From the IMG/VR virus record IMGVR_UViG_3300046454_000431: a stretch of 20,000 bases of DNA, one strand, 5' to 3'. This DNA is from an uncultured virus (IMG/VR IMGVR_UViG_3300046454_000431) (taxonomy: Duplodnaviria > Heunggongvirae > Uroviricota > Caudoviricetes). The notes beneath the pieces are model-generated. The model ran no database searches, was not told where the DNA came from, and saw nothing but the letters and a program-made list of their open reading frames with translations. Below, piece by piece: positions 9,801 through 17,973 of this stretch. Position numbers and translations under genes: made by a program. Numbering within the stretch: position 1 is the stretch's first letter; every line of letters starts with the position of its first letter.

Positions 9801-11477
9801 GAGGAAGCTACTGCTGGTCCGATCACGCAGCCTGGTCTTAGGCCGTCAGACGTCGCCGCGCTCGCTGACAAGCCGGCAAATCTCGCGACCGCCACGGCTC
9901 CTGCTGCGGTTCAGGCTGAAGTCCCCGCAACTCACGAAGCGGGCCTGGTGCTTCCGCCCGAAGCCAGAGGCGCGCCGCCTCCAGGGGTGACCGACGCCCG
10001 CACGTTCCCGCTGTCGCCGGCGCCGCTTGGCGGCGATGTCGCGCAGCCTGCGGCTCCTGCCCCCGTTGTGAAGCCTGCGGCCCCTGCGGCTCCCGCAAGG
10101 GTGGCGCCGACGCCTGTGGCGCATCCCGCCGCCGGCGCTGGCGTTGCGCCTGCCGGCGCAGCGGCCAGGGCGCCGACCGACGCCAACGGCAATCCCATCG
10201 AGCAGTTCTTTGGGGGCCTCGGTCGCGGTGTGGGCGATTTCTTCCACGGCGTCGGCAACATCTTCACCGGCGGCGCCCAGCAAGTCGGCAACGTCGTCAA
10301 CAGCGCGGGCCAGACGGTCAACAGGGCCGGCCAGGCTGTCGGTAGCGCGGTCAGCAATACAGCCCAGGCTTTCGGCAATGAGATTGGCGGGCGCTACAAC
10401 GAACTGATGAACGGTTCGCCAAAGATGATGTCGCCTGGTGGAAGATTTAACGCCCAAGGCGTCGATCCGCGCCTGCTCAATAACATCACGGAAGCTACGA
10501 GAGGTCTGCCACAAGGTTGGCATGCGCAACTCGAATCCGGCTTCCGCAATAACGATCCGCGCCAGCACGGCAAGGGCGCGGCGGTCGATGTCGCGCTCTA
10601 CAACGAGAAGGGCGAGAGGCTTGCTAATTACCAAGACCCGACCACCTTCCGCGCCTACGAGAAATTTGCACAGGATTTCAGGGCGGCGCAGCAGCACAAC
10701 AATCCCGAACTGGACAAGGCTACGCGCTGGGGCGGCTACTTCAGCGGCAAGGCGGTCCAGCCTGGTCAAAAATACGATGCCGAGCATCCCTACGGCGCCG
10801 TCGATCTGATGCACTTCGACCTCGGCGGGCGGGAAGGCCTCGGCATGCTTGGCGGCTCGTGGGAAGGCGGCATGACAGCGAAGCAGCATGCGCTGTTTCC
10901 CGGCGCCACGTCTGTCGGCATGGGTCAGCGCCCGTCTGGCGGATATCCGACGGCAGTCGCTACCGGCGCCGATGGCTCCAGGACCAGCGCGACGGGGCAG
11001 ATCCAGCCGGGCTATCACAATGGCGTTCAGGGCATCCTCTCGCAGGAGGAATCCTTCCGCGACAAGCCGTACTGGGACAAATCTGCCGGCGGTGGGGGCG
11101 CGTGGGCTATTGGCTACGGCACTCACCAGATCGCGGGCGCCGACGGCAAGATGCGCCCCGTGCAGCAGGGCGATACCATCACGCCACAAGGCGCCGCGCA
11201 GAATATGGTGCAGCGTCTGCAAACGGAGTTTCTGCCGAGAGCGGTGCAGAAAGTCGGGGGCCTCGATACCTGGCGCGCTCTGCCGCGCAATGTCCGCGAC
11301 GGCCTCGGCTCGACCATTTGGAACTACGGCAACCTGCCTGATCGGGTCGCTTTCGTGATCCGGAATGGCGGCGGTCCCAACGAGATTGCGAACGCGGTGT
11401 TGCAACTCGGCGGCAGGACGGAGGCGGCCCGCGAGCGCCGCGCGCGTGAAGCGGCGCACATTCGTGGTGGAGGTTGA
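6870..11477 (+). CDS. Large DNA ejection/internal virion protein: Gln-rich N-domain, internal peptidase S74, low-complexity linker, M15-like peptidase, GH24 lysozyme
   Basis: 1535 aa. The MGGK...TIPPEV start, Q/A/G-rich helices and GAFGGDR motif resemble pilot/DNA-transfer proteins. S74 SDRKLKENI...GFMADEVEK at 7707-7904. M15-like SGFR...QHGKGAAVDV...RWGG...DLMHFD at 10458-10823. Lysozyme-like EESFRDKPYWD...WAIGYG at 11031-11474. Confidence 0.8.
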   Translation: MGGKTQQASSQVTIPPEVLARYNAVNANAQQVAQTPFQQYSSDPNAFVAPMTTAQNMGLQQTANYANAAQPGLQTAMGMTQGAMGSANPWDLNSDQINKYMNPYTQNVTNQMGALMNQQAQTAQSGQLGNAIKTGAFGGDRSGIVAANLQQQNALAYGNAMAPVLQQGYNTALQTATGQQALDLQAQQANLARQMQGAGQYGQLAGAQQQAGLAGAQAMMGAGQVQQQTQQAGLTSLYNQFQQQQSYPFQTAQFMANIAEGTGSLSGQTTNSTQQAPFFSDRKLKENIKRIGTAKNGLPIHSFNYKDDPEKLTRLGFMADEVEKKHPEAVGLAGGYKTVDHEKAMKSAGGSVTDFDQGRAYDRGGFDLGGAASTYDPSWQSVAQRHMAGLQGQQQGSGSTLYGGKSRHVPTTSGARYSLPNAPGMPAAKPSGLNQAVGTAQATVGLGQSLGDAYNKYTGKDQPAATTTAPAAGGAPATPAAPVVANKAPGTPDQPDVTYLRRGGLATGGSEPVVIAAAPPAAVASSQGLAAPGVADVVTPTAQYQEGLGKAQDAQVRANDIQQADRDAAAKAGMSFKPDWDNGFLAQADLARSMGVYGSLNGYHDPTHGGSYLGFADGGAASTDEYKAPDPNATQDTTKQNIPDVHSTYKLPDPPKPPGGSGKSGAGQALGAAKSLMGLASLIPGVGAVTAPLGAVMGAGEALAGASGGLMVAGRRRKRKGLAAGGQGEGVDYMSEGAQGRTYDDPEQQTALNLDRIKDLEGENSQTGLGGKGNSVDNMSEANQGRMAPNDTEAQDAWRLEHIPREDLHKEVPPERLAKLFPPTQETPPPGVLGPWSSQSASASVPNSGERLLNTQPTTRDAQTGAAPVEGSGFDKPLNLGSGQLYQRPPDVPATPEQAAAANALRRSPEAAALAGAEEARQGKAADAVAREKDYQARHAQSWTDSLTGVKPDLAPETPEEEKARFARYDSTTPTTREEATAGPITQPGLRPSDVAALADKPANLATATAPAAVQAEVPATHEAGLVLPPEARGAPPPGVTDARTFPLSPAPLGGDVAQPAAPAPVVKPAAPAAPARVAPTPVAHPAAGAGVAPAGAAARAPTDANGNPIEQFFGGLGRGVGDFFHGVGNIFTGGAQQVGNVVNSAGQTVNRAGQAVGSAVSNTAQAFGNEIGGRYNELMNGSPKMMSPGGRFNAQGVDPRLLNNITEATRGLPQGWHAQLESGFRNNDPRQHGKGAAVDVALYNEKGERLANYQDPTTFRAYEKFAQDFRAAQQHNNPELDKATRWGGYFSGKAVQPGQKYDAEHPYGAVDLMHFDLGGREGLGMLGGSWEGGMTAKQHALFPGATSVGMGQRPSGGYPTAVATGADGSRTSATGQIQPGYHNGVQGILSQEESFRDKPYWDKSAGGGGAWAIGYGTHQIAGADGKMRPVQQGDTITPQGAAQNMVQRLQTEFLPRAVQKVGGLDTWRALPRNVRDGLGSTIWNYGNLPDRVAFVIRNGGGPNEIANAVLQLGGRTEAARERRAREAAHIRGGG

Positions 11478-13084
11478 CAATGGCTGACCCAACGACTGAC
11501 GACGTCATGCTGGGCACTAATGCCGGCGCTCCTGCACCCGTGGCGCCGGCTAAGATCGATTCAGATCCTGTCGTCGCCAAGGCCTTGCCCGTGGCCAGGG
11601 ACGCAGTGTCGCCGCCCTTGCTCGCGCGCAAGCCTGCTGATGCGGCGCCTGCGGACGATAAGGGCGGTGGCCAGAAGGGCGGCGATTGGTTCGGGCAGAA
11701 CCGAAGCTGGCTGATCCCGCTGTTGAGCGGCGTTGGCGGCATGGCCTCTTCGAACAGTCCCTACCTCGGCACCGCCCTTCTGCAAGGACTGGGCAAGGGC
11801 GCGGAGGCTTATGCCGGCGAACAGCAGGCGGAAGGCAACCTGGAGCACACCCAGGCCGGCAATCGCGGCATGAACATCGAAAACCAGCAGCGGGCTGTGG
11901 ATCTCGGAAAGAGCGGCATTTGGACAGACAATGCCGGCTTTGATCGGGTCACCACGGCAGATGGCCGTTCCATGCTTTTTGCTACGTGGCTTCAGAAGGA
12001 CAAAGCAGGAGAACATATCCCGCTTGTTGGCGAAGACGCGGTGCGCAGTTCACGGAAATACCTGGGCGAAACCAAGACGCCTGACGTATATGGCGGCGGC
12101 GCGAAAATCGCTGGCGCTCCTGATGCGCCGGTCGCCCCCAGCGCGCCGGTCGCCCCCAACGCGCCTGGCCCAGCAGGCGGCGCTGATAACGCCGGCGCTC
12201 CTGGCCCAGCAGGCGGCACTGACGGTGGCGGCGGCAGTTTTCTTCCCACAGCCAAGCCCCTTCCGCCGAAGACGGAAGAGGAAGCCGCGACAGCCGTTGG
12301 CGACAAGGGCCGCGCGATCATGGCCGATGCGCAAGATCGCTACATGAGCAACACCAAGGACTACAATACTGCAAAAGCAGGGTCGCAAAAACTTGCCGAT
12401 CAGGTGTCCGCAGAAGCGGATTTCGCCAAGGGCCAGCGCAGCAATGTGTACGCCCTGGGCGATAAGCTTCTTTCGCTGCCCGAAGAAGGCTTTTTGAAGC
12501 CTGACATTGCGGGCGATGTGACCAACAGGGTTGGAAATTACTGGAACGCGGCGATGGACCGTTTCAGCAAATTGTATCCTGATTTGGCGCAATACAAATT
12601 TGATGAGCATGACTTGGGGACTAAAATAGCGGCTGATAAATACTCGAAAGGGCTGGCGTTTCTCCAGGCCCATGGCATGGGTCAGCAGTCTCTCGGCGGT
12701 CTTCAGGAGGCTATCGGCATTGTCCCCAGCGGCGGCATGACCAGAGACGCTGCAATTCAAGTGCTCTCAGGAATGGCCAAGGGCCAGCAGCGAGCCATCG
12801 ACCGCGATGCCTACCTCAATGATTGGGAGAAGACGTCGCAGCATGATAATGCGGGGATGCCACGTTGGACCGCTAAAGACGCCATGCGCGCTTTCGAGGC
12901 CGAGCACGGAGATCGCTACGGCAAAGAGGGTGCGGCGTTTGAAAAAGTGCTCCGCATAAAGCACAACACCACGAAGAAGAGCATGTTCTCCGACATTTAC
13001 AGTGGCGCGACGCCTGCGTCGGAAGCGGACAAGGCGACAGGCATCAAGGCCATGTCTCGTTGGTTCAAAAACTATTCGGGGTAA
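11474..13084 (+). CDS. Putative internal virion/ejection protein
   Basis: About 535 aa (TTG 11474 or ATG 11480, after a GGAGG RBS). Has an amphipathic Gly-rich segment LIPLLSGVGGMASSNSPYLGTALLQGLGKGA, a Pro/Ala linker and a helical C-half. Position is within the ejection cluster. Confidence 0.6.
   Translation: MTMADPTTDDVMLGTNAGAPAPVAPAKIDSDPVVAKALPVARDAVSPPLLARKPADAAPADDKGGGQKGGDWFGQNRSWLIPLLSGVGGMASSNSPYLGTALLQGLGKGAEAYAGEQQAEGNLEHTQAGNRGMNIENQQRAVDLGKSGIWTDNAGFDRVTTADGRSMLFATWLQKDKAGEHIPLVGEDAVRSSRKYLGETKTPDVYGGGAKIAGAPDAPVAPSAPVAPNAPGPAGGADNAGAPGPAGGTDGGGGSFLPTAKPLPPKTEEEAATAVGDKGRAIMADAQDRYMSNTKDYNTAKAGSQKLADQVSAEADFAKGQRSNVYALGDKLLSLPEEGFLKPDIAGDVTNRVGNYWNAAMDRFSKLYPDLAQYKFDEHDLGTKIAADKYSKGLAFLQAHGMGQQSLGGLQEAIGIVPSGGMTRDAAIQVLSGMAKGQQRAIDRDAYLNDWEKTSQHDNAGMPRWTAKDAMRAFEAEHGDRYGKEGAAFEKVLRIKHNTTKKSMFSDIYSGATPASEADKATGIKAMSRWFKNYSG
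12125..12222 (+). repeat. In-frame tandem repeats: 2 x 18 bp, then a 23-bp block repeated at 36-bp period
   Basis: GCGCCGGTCGCCCCCAGC (12125-12142) / GCGCCGGTCGCCCCCAAC (12143-12160). CCTGGCCCAGCAGGCGGCGCTGA (12164-12186) / CCTGGCCCAGCAGGCGGCACTGA (12200-12222). Confidence 0.9.
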
Positions 13085-13090
13085 AACACC

Positions 13091-15199
13091 ATGGCGCAGG
13101 CGTCAGAATACAGCATCGATCCTGTGGCGCCGGCTCCCGTTGACGCTCCTGCGAATGTGACTGCGACTGCTCCGAAACCTGGCGGCAACACTGCCGCTGA
13201 CTACGGCGACGATCCTGTCGATTCCTCGAAATCGGGCGCGAATGCAAAGGTTGCGACGCCCCAGCCGCCGCCCGATTACGCCAATATGTCTGGTTGGGAT
13301 GTCGCCAAAGGCACCGCCAAAGCTCTTATTCCGTCAGCAGCCGCGAAAGTGGGCGACGTAGTTTCAGGCTTGGGCAGCGCGGCCAAGCATGTCTATGACA
13401 CGCATGAGCTTCCCGGCAAAGATCTGGTTCAAGGCGCCGATGCATGGGTTAACAGGAAGCTTTCGGACTATGCTCCCGAAACCATGAAGATGGTCAATAA
13501 GGCGATAGGCTACACGCCGCCTTCAGACGCGGAGTACGAGGCGAAGGTGAAGCCGGCGACCGAAGCCGCTTCTGCTGCTTACCACAGCACCGTGGACCCC
13601 TTCACATCGTGGCCTAAGTTTGCTGAAAAGATGACCACAGATCCTATAGATCCGCTGCTCAACGCCGCCAGCGTGGCGATGCCGGTTCTGCGCGTGGCCA
13701 GAACTGGAGCCGAAATGGCTGGCCTAGCCAAGGGCGCTGGAGCCGCCGCCGATCTCACCAAGGTGACGACCCCCGGCGAGCTAGGCCAGGCTGTCCACGG
13801 CGCCGCGTCTGAGGCGCTCGCCGCGAAAGATCTCGCTTATAAGAAAGCTTTCAGCCACACCGCTACGTTTGATCCTGCTGCGGCTCAACCCATCATGAGC
13901 GAAGTGCAGGCCAACCTTGCGAAGACGCCGAACTTCCCAGGCTTGAACCGTTTCGACAAGAACCCGCACCTCGCGGACGCCAAGGCGGCGTATGACCACC
14001 TGGACAACAGTCTCAAGACCATAGATCCGAATGACTTCACCATGCCGAATATGGAGAACATCCGGCGTGACCTCCAGCAGAAGGCGATGGAGACAGAGAG
14101 CGGCCCCGCTCGATACATGATCGGCCAGATGATCGACGGGATCGACAGCGGCATCAGCAAGGTGGCGACGAAGCCGGGAATGTACGCGGGCGACGGCGCT
14201 GCGGTGGCGAGCGATATGGCCAACGCCCGTAAGCTGAACGTCGATTGGATCAAGCAATTCGGCAATGAAGCGCCATCGAGCTTCAAGCCCACGATGAACA
14301 CGCTCCCGAAAGACTTGGCGACGGCTGATGACAGCCATTTCCACGCCGCCGGCACGGGCCTCGGCAATGCGCTGATGAACGAGGGCAAGGGCGGCGTTCT
14401 CTACAATCACCTCAAGCAATTTGTGCCGAAGGAAACGCTCGACAATTACCTGCGTCAGCCGATGCTGGCGGGCGATTCGGCAACCGTGATGAAGCGGCTG
14501 AACACGCCCATCGCGCAAAACGTCTTTGGCTCCGATCTCGACAGGGCCAAGCGGCTGGCCGCTTCGCAGGACACCAAGACGCTCATGGGCAAGGTGGCCC
14601 CGGTCGCTAAGTGGGGATTGGAGGCAGCGGCGCCTTTCGTTGGCCACGCGCTGCTTCCGGGTGGCGGCGGCGCCTTGGCTGGAGCAGCAGTGAGTGCTGC
14701 CGGGGAGCTTGCGAGCAGGAAGTTTTTCCCGCACGGCGTCGGCAACAGAGCGCCGCTCTTTGAGCGTTACGCGGGCAAGCCGGCGCCTGCGGTGGCCCTG
14801 CCAGATAAAGGGTTGCGCGCTGCGCTCCCGCTGGTGAGGCCAAGCAGTTACACGCAATTCCTCAAGCCTTCGACCTACAAGGGCGGGAGGCTTCCCGTTG
14901 CAGCCATCGCCGGCCATCGCCCGCCTGTCGGCGCCACCGCCACGGCGCCAGGAGAACCGACCGCAGACACGGCGCCGAGCGTCAATCCGCTGGCGGGGAT
15001 GTCCTATGGCTACGACCCCACCGGGCAAAACCGATACGCCAGCGGCGGCGCTGTGAAAGGCCACCAGCATCTGGTAGATCGGCTATTCGCCGCGCATGAG
15101 CGCGCCAAGCGCGAGGAAAAGGCGCATACTGCGGGCATCCTGCACCAGCCTGACGAGGCGGTCGCAAAAGCCCTTCATGTCGCGCAGGCGGCTATCTGA
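13091..15199 (+). CDS. Putative internal virion/ejection protein
   Basis: 702 aa, Ala-rich and helical, with a hydrophobic Gly-rich segment near aa 510-540. C-terminal YASGGAV motif is followed by a short helical domain (LVDRL...ERAK...DEAVAKAL.VA). Synteny supports the call. Confidence 0.6.
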   Translation: MAQASEYSIDPVAPAPVDAPANVTATAPKPGGNTAADYGDDPVDSSKSGANAKVATPQPPPDYANMSGWDVAKGTAKALIPSAAAKVGDVVSGLGSAAKHVYDTHELPGKDLVQGADAWVNRKLSDYAPETMKMVNKAIGYTPPSDAEYEAKVKPATEAASAAYHSTVDPFTSWPKFAEKMTTDPIDPLLNAASVAMPVLRVARTGAEMAGLAKGAGAAADLTKVTTPGELGQAVHGAASEALAAKDLAYKKAFSHTATFDPAAAQPIMSEVQANLAKTPNFPGLNRFDKNPHLADAKAAYDHLDNSLKTIDPNDFTMPNMENIRRDLQQKAMETESGPARYMIGQMIDGIDSGISKVATKPGMYAGDGAAVASDMANARKLNVDWIKQFGNEAPSSFKPTMNTLPKDLATADDSHFHAAGTGLGNALMNEGKGGVLYNHLKQFVPKETLDNYLRQPMLAGDSATVMKRLNTPIAQNVFGSDLDRAKRLAASQDTKTLMGKVAPVAKWGLEAAAPFVGHALLPGGGGALAGAAVSAAGELASRKFFPHGVGNRAPLFERYAGKPAPAVALPDKGLRAALPLVRPSSYTQFLKPSTYKGGRLPVAAIAGHRPPVGATATAPGEPTADTAPSVNPLAGMSYGYDPTGQNRYASGGAVKGHQHLVDRLFAAHERAKREEKAHTAGILHQPDEAVAKALHVAQAAI

Positions 15200-15209
15200 G
15201 GATCTGGCC

Positions 15210-16235
15210 ATGACTGAATTTACACCAGGCAAAGGCCTTAACGTACCGGCTGCAGGGACGCCGAACTGGGACGTGCCGGTGAACACCGACTGGCGCTCCA
15301 TCGATCAGGCCATTGCGGGAGTGCAATACGTTAATGCCGCTGGCTTCACCGGCAACGTCAACCTGTCCAATGCATATCCAACTGGTTCATCCGATCCCGC
15401 CACTACGCTGTCCTGCTTGCCCTCCACGATTGTCATTTACGGAGCTATTGCAGGGGCGGTCAATCTGGTGTTTCCAGACGGCCTTGTGGGCCACTGGATC
15501 ATCAGAAACGCAACCGGCGGGAATTTTGCAGTAAACGTCGTCACGTCTACCGGTACATATAACTATATGTCTGTTCCGCAGGGTGTCTTATCTCACGTCC
15601 ATAGCGACGGCCACACTTTTTATTTTGTCGGCGCGAGCGGCACCACGTCGCAGCTTGCGATGATTGGTGAGATCAAAGCCTGGTCTGGCGGCTGGGTGCC
15701 GACGCAGTGGATGGCTTGCGATGGCCGCTGGCTCGACAGGTTTGCCAACGGAGGGCAGTACGGGCCGCTCTATAACGTTTTTGGCTTCGCCTATGGCGGC
15801 AACGGCTCCAATGCATTCGCCATTCCCGATTTGCGAGGGCGCGTGGTGGCGGGCGCAGACAACATGGGGACGCTAGGCAGCGCCAATCGCCTGAACGGGT
15901 GGGGGATGACGGCTGTCGGCGGCGTGGCGAATCTGGCCTTGACCACCGATCAGTTGCCGTCGCACACGCATTATGATTATGGCCACGGGCACAGCGTGGC
16001 CCAGAACCCGCATCACCACACTATCACCATTCCTGACAATAGCGTCGGGGGACAGCCAGGCGTGGGCTACAGCGGCCAAGGCTGGCCATGGGCTGGAAAA
16101 CCGACGACCGACGAGACTGTCCCCTTGGGGATCTATGCCGGCTACGCCAGCCTCACGAACACCGGCAACGGCAACGCCTTCTCGATCCTGCAGCCGACGC
16201 TCGTCCTGCAATACATCATTTACACGGGCGTCTAG
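15210..16235 (+). CDS. Tail fibre protein with phage tail-collar domain
   Basis: ATG 15210 follows GAGGA. Collar signature IGEIKAW.G...P..WMACDG...Y..LY...G..YGG.G...FAIPDLRGRVVAG, a His-rich tip (LPSHTH..GHGH..PHHH) and C-terminal ILQPTLVLQYII. Confidence 0.9.
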   Translation: MTEFTPGKGLNVPAAGTPNWDVPVNTDWRSIDQAIAGVQYVNAAGFTGNVNLSNAYPTGSSDPATTLSCLPSTIVIYGAIAGAVNLVFPDGLVGHWIIRNATGGNFAVNVVTSTGTYNYMSVPQGVLSHVHSDGHTFYFVGASGTTSQLAMIGEIKAWSGGWVPTQWMACDGRWLDRFANGGQYGPLYNVFGFAYGGNGSNAFAIPDLRGRVVAGADNMGTLGSANRLNGWGMTAVGGVANLALTTDQLPSHTHYDYGHGHSVAQNPHHHTITIPDNSVGGQPGVGYSGQGWPWAGKPTTDETVPLGIYAGYASLTNTGNGNAFSILQPTLVLQYIIYTGV

Positions 16236-16630
16236 GCGGCTCTCGTCTGGTAACAAGCGATCATGTGCTTGGGGCAGTAGATGGTCACGCCGGGTCTATC
16301 GACCGTCTCGCAGCAATAGGTGACGCCCGCCGGCGAGCGCGGATCTCCGAACGGATAACGGCAGGTGAAAGCCGTCAGGCCCATGATCGTCCGATCCTGG
16401 ACAGGCGGCGCAATGGGCGCGGCGATTGTCTTCATCTTGGGCGTCCTCGGCGGTCTGGGTTTACGAGGCGCCAGAACGCTCGCGGCCCGACTGACGTCGA
16501 ATCCGCGAGCGCGGAGCCTGGATATGACACCGATGATCGCGTTCTTGGTTTTACCCAATTTTTCGCCAGCCTCCGTTCCACTGAAGCCGGCTTTCCACAG
16601 GGCCAGGATCGCGACTTCGTCGCTGTTCAT
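16232..16630 (-). CDS. gcrA: GcrA-family cell-cycle transcriptional regulator homolog
   Basis: N-terminal HTH LW..G.S....G.KLG.TKNAIIG...RL, a basic Pro-rich linker, and C-terminal IMGL...TCRYPFGDP....YC......YCPKH. Start is 16630 or 16648. Confidence 0.88.
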   Translation of the reverse strand: MNSDEVAILALWKAGFSGTEAGEKLGKTKNAIIGVISRLRARGFDVSRAASVLAPRKPRPPRTPKMKTIAAPIAPPVQDRTIMGLTAFTCRYPFGDPRSPAGVTYCCETVDRPGVTIYCPKHMIACYQTRAA

Positions 16631-16631
16631 T

Positions 16632-16859
16632 TCAGTTCGTTTGGTCATCTGCCTTTTTCTCGTATCTCACGCCGCAGAACGGGCAGTATGTCGGAACGAT
16701 GAGCGGCATCTTGCTGCGCATGCTGGTGATGATTTTTTCGCTCGCGATCAGCGTGGGGATCACGATCAGATGACCATCGATAACACGAAAGGCGGTCGTC
16801 AGCCTGGCGTTGTTGTCGGCAATCATCTTGTTCATGTCGTCGGCGCAATTGCAGGTCAC
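16632..16859 (-). CDS. Small hypothetical protein with CxC and YCPFCG (putative zinc-binding)
   Basis: GTG at 16859 preceded by GGAG and overlapping the upstream stop (GTGA). Sequence runs TCNC...PTYCPFCG, 75 aa. Confidence 0.7.
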   Translation of the reverse strand: MTCNCADDMNKMIADNNARLTTAFRVIDGHLIVIPTLIASEKIITSMRSKMPLIVPTYCPFCGVRYEKKADDQTN

Positions 16860-17017
16860 GGCGTTCTCCACGTCGCGAGGGGTTTCGGGTTGAAAAGCAT
16901 CGAGGCCTCCACCGTGGCGTTGTGACGGGCCTTGACGCGATGCAGGACATAGGGTGCGGCGAGCGTCGAGGCGCTCCACATTGCTACAGCCAAGCTTAAG
17001 CTTAATTTCTTCACCAT
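16856..17017 (-). CDS. Small hypothetical protein with signal-peptide-like N-terminus
   Basis: MVKKLSLSLAVAMWSASTLA... (53 aa). Fills the gap between neighbours and its stop is coupled to the next start. The start position is uncertain. Confidence 0.4.
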   Translation of the reverse strand: MVKKLSLSLAVAMWSASTLAAPYVLHRVKARHNATVEASMLFNPKPLATWRTP

Positions 17018-17083
17018 AGCGCCACCAGCATCGCAAAGGCGCACACCCCTGATACGGCGCCGATCACATACCCTTTCCAAAAG

Positions 17084-17464
17084 TCACCGCTCATCTTGAT
17101 CTCCCAAATTGTCGATGTTGAATACGGCGTTGTCGATTTTCCTGTCGAGGATCGCCAGAATCTCCGCGTATTCCTGCTGGAGCGCGAGGCGCAGCGCCCG
17201 ATAGGCGTCCGCTTTGCTGGCGTACCAGGGACCGCCGGTGCCCTGGGCGTCGGTCCTGTCGGTCCTGCTGTAGCTGTGGGCGCCGGCCCTAAAGCAGCCT
17301 TGGTTGACTTTTCGGCTGTATGCGTCGAAGTTCCAGCCGGTCTGATTTAGATCGCTGGGGACCAGCCTGTGCAGGACGAAATCGCGAAAGCGCATGGCGC
17401 GCGCTTCGTCCAATTGTTTGACGATGAGGTCGAACGCCGCTTTTTCGGCCTTGGTCATGGCCAT
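17084..17464 (-). CDS. Hypothetical phage protein
   Basis: 126 aa, coupled to the MazG-like gene (TGATG), with codon usage typical of the locus. Confidence 0.7.
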   Translation of the reverse strand: MAMTKAEKAAFDLIVKQLDEARAMRFRDFVLHRLVPSDLNQTGWNFDAYSRKVNQGCFRAGAHSYSRTDRTDAQGTGGPWYASKADAYRALRLALQQEYAEILAILDRKIDNAVFNIDNLGDQDER

Positions 17465-17922
17465 CAGCGCAGCCTCGCTCTGAACCCCAGCTTTTTGCTG
17501 GTGGCGTTGAACTTATCGACGGTCGCCCGCTTCAAATCGATGCCGGCTTTGATGGCGATCAGCGAAACGTAGACTTCCACGTCAGCCAATTCTGTCGCCA
17601 GATCGGCAACGGTGGCGCGCGAGCCATCGAGGCCCAGGCGTTCGCGCTCCAGCTTTTTGATCACGTTGCAGGCTTCGCCCATTTCGCCGGCGGCGGCGTT
17701 GCCGTAATAGGACAGATCGAGCTTGTCGCTGTTCGTCCACTCAAGCTGGCGGGCGATGTTGGCCTCTTCCAGCGTGTCATAATAGATGACAGGCTGGGCC
17801 TTTCTGGGTATGGGCTGCACCTTTTCGAGCACCCCGGTAATCAAGTTGTGGGCGACTGTTTGATCCATGCAAGCTTTATGAGCAAGCAACACGCTCATGG
17901 CTTCGATTTCTTCAGGGGTCAT
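17464..17922 (-). CDS. MazG-like nucleotide pyrophosphohydrolase
   Basis: AGEMGEACNVIKK...ELADV...GIDL...DKFN is the all-alpha NTP-PPase ExxE...ExxD metal-binding pattern. GAGGA RBS. Has a ~50-aa N-terminal extension. Confidence 0.85.
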   Translation of the reverse strand: MTPEEIEAMSVLLAHKACMDQTVAHNLITGVLEKVQPIPRKAQPVIYYDTLEEANIARQLEWTNSDKLDLSYYGNAAAGEMGEACNVIKKLERERLGLDGSRATVADLATELADVEVYVSLIAIKAGIDLKRATVDKFNATSKKLGFRARLR

Positions 17923-17973
17923 GCTTGGGTTCCTCGTTTTTTGAGCGGGGGCGGATCTAGCCGCCCCCTGGGG

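Noticed and set aside
1335..15070. Long antisense ORFs (e.g. 1335-2633, 2697-3863, 3894-5090, 9846-11492, 13781-15070)
   Set aside because: These are shadows of GC3-rich sense genes, with no recognisable motifs and fully overlapping well-supported CDSs.
15096..15209. ORF-track upstream extensions (15096, also 1407, 6283 and 17036)
   Set aside because: They overlap upstream genes out of frame. The downstream starts (15210, 1482, 6361, 16859) have RBSs or translational coupling and family-typical N-termini.
17947..17968. Hairpin GGGGGCGG/CCGCCCCC as a terminator
   Set aside because: On the coding (minus) strand it is followed by an A-run rather than a U-run, and on + the T-run precedes the stem. 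It is more likely a stabilising or pausing hairpin.
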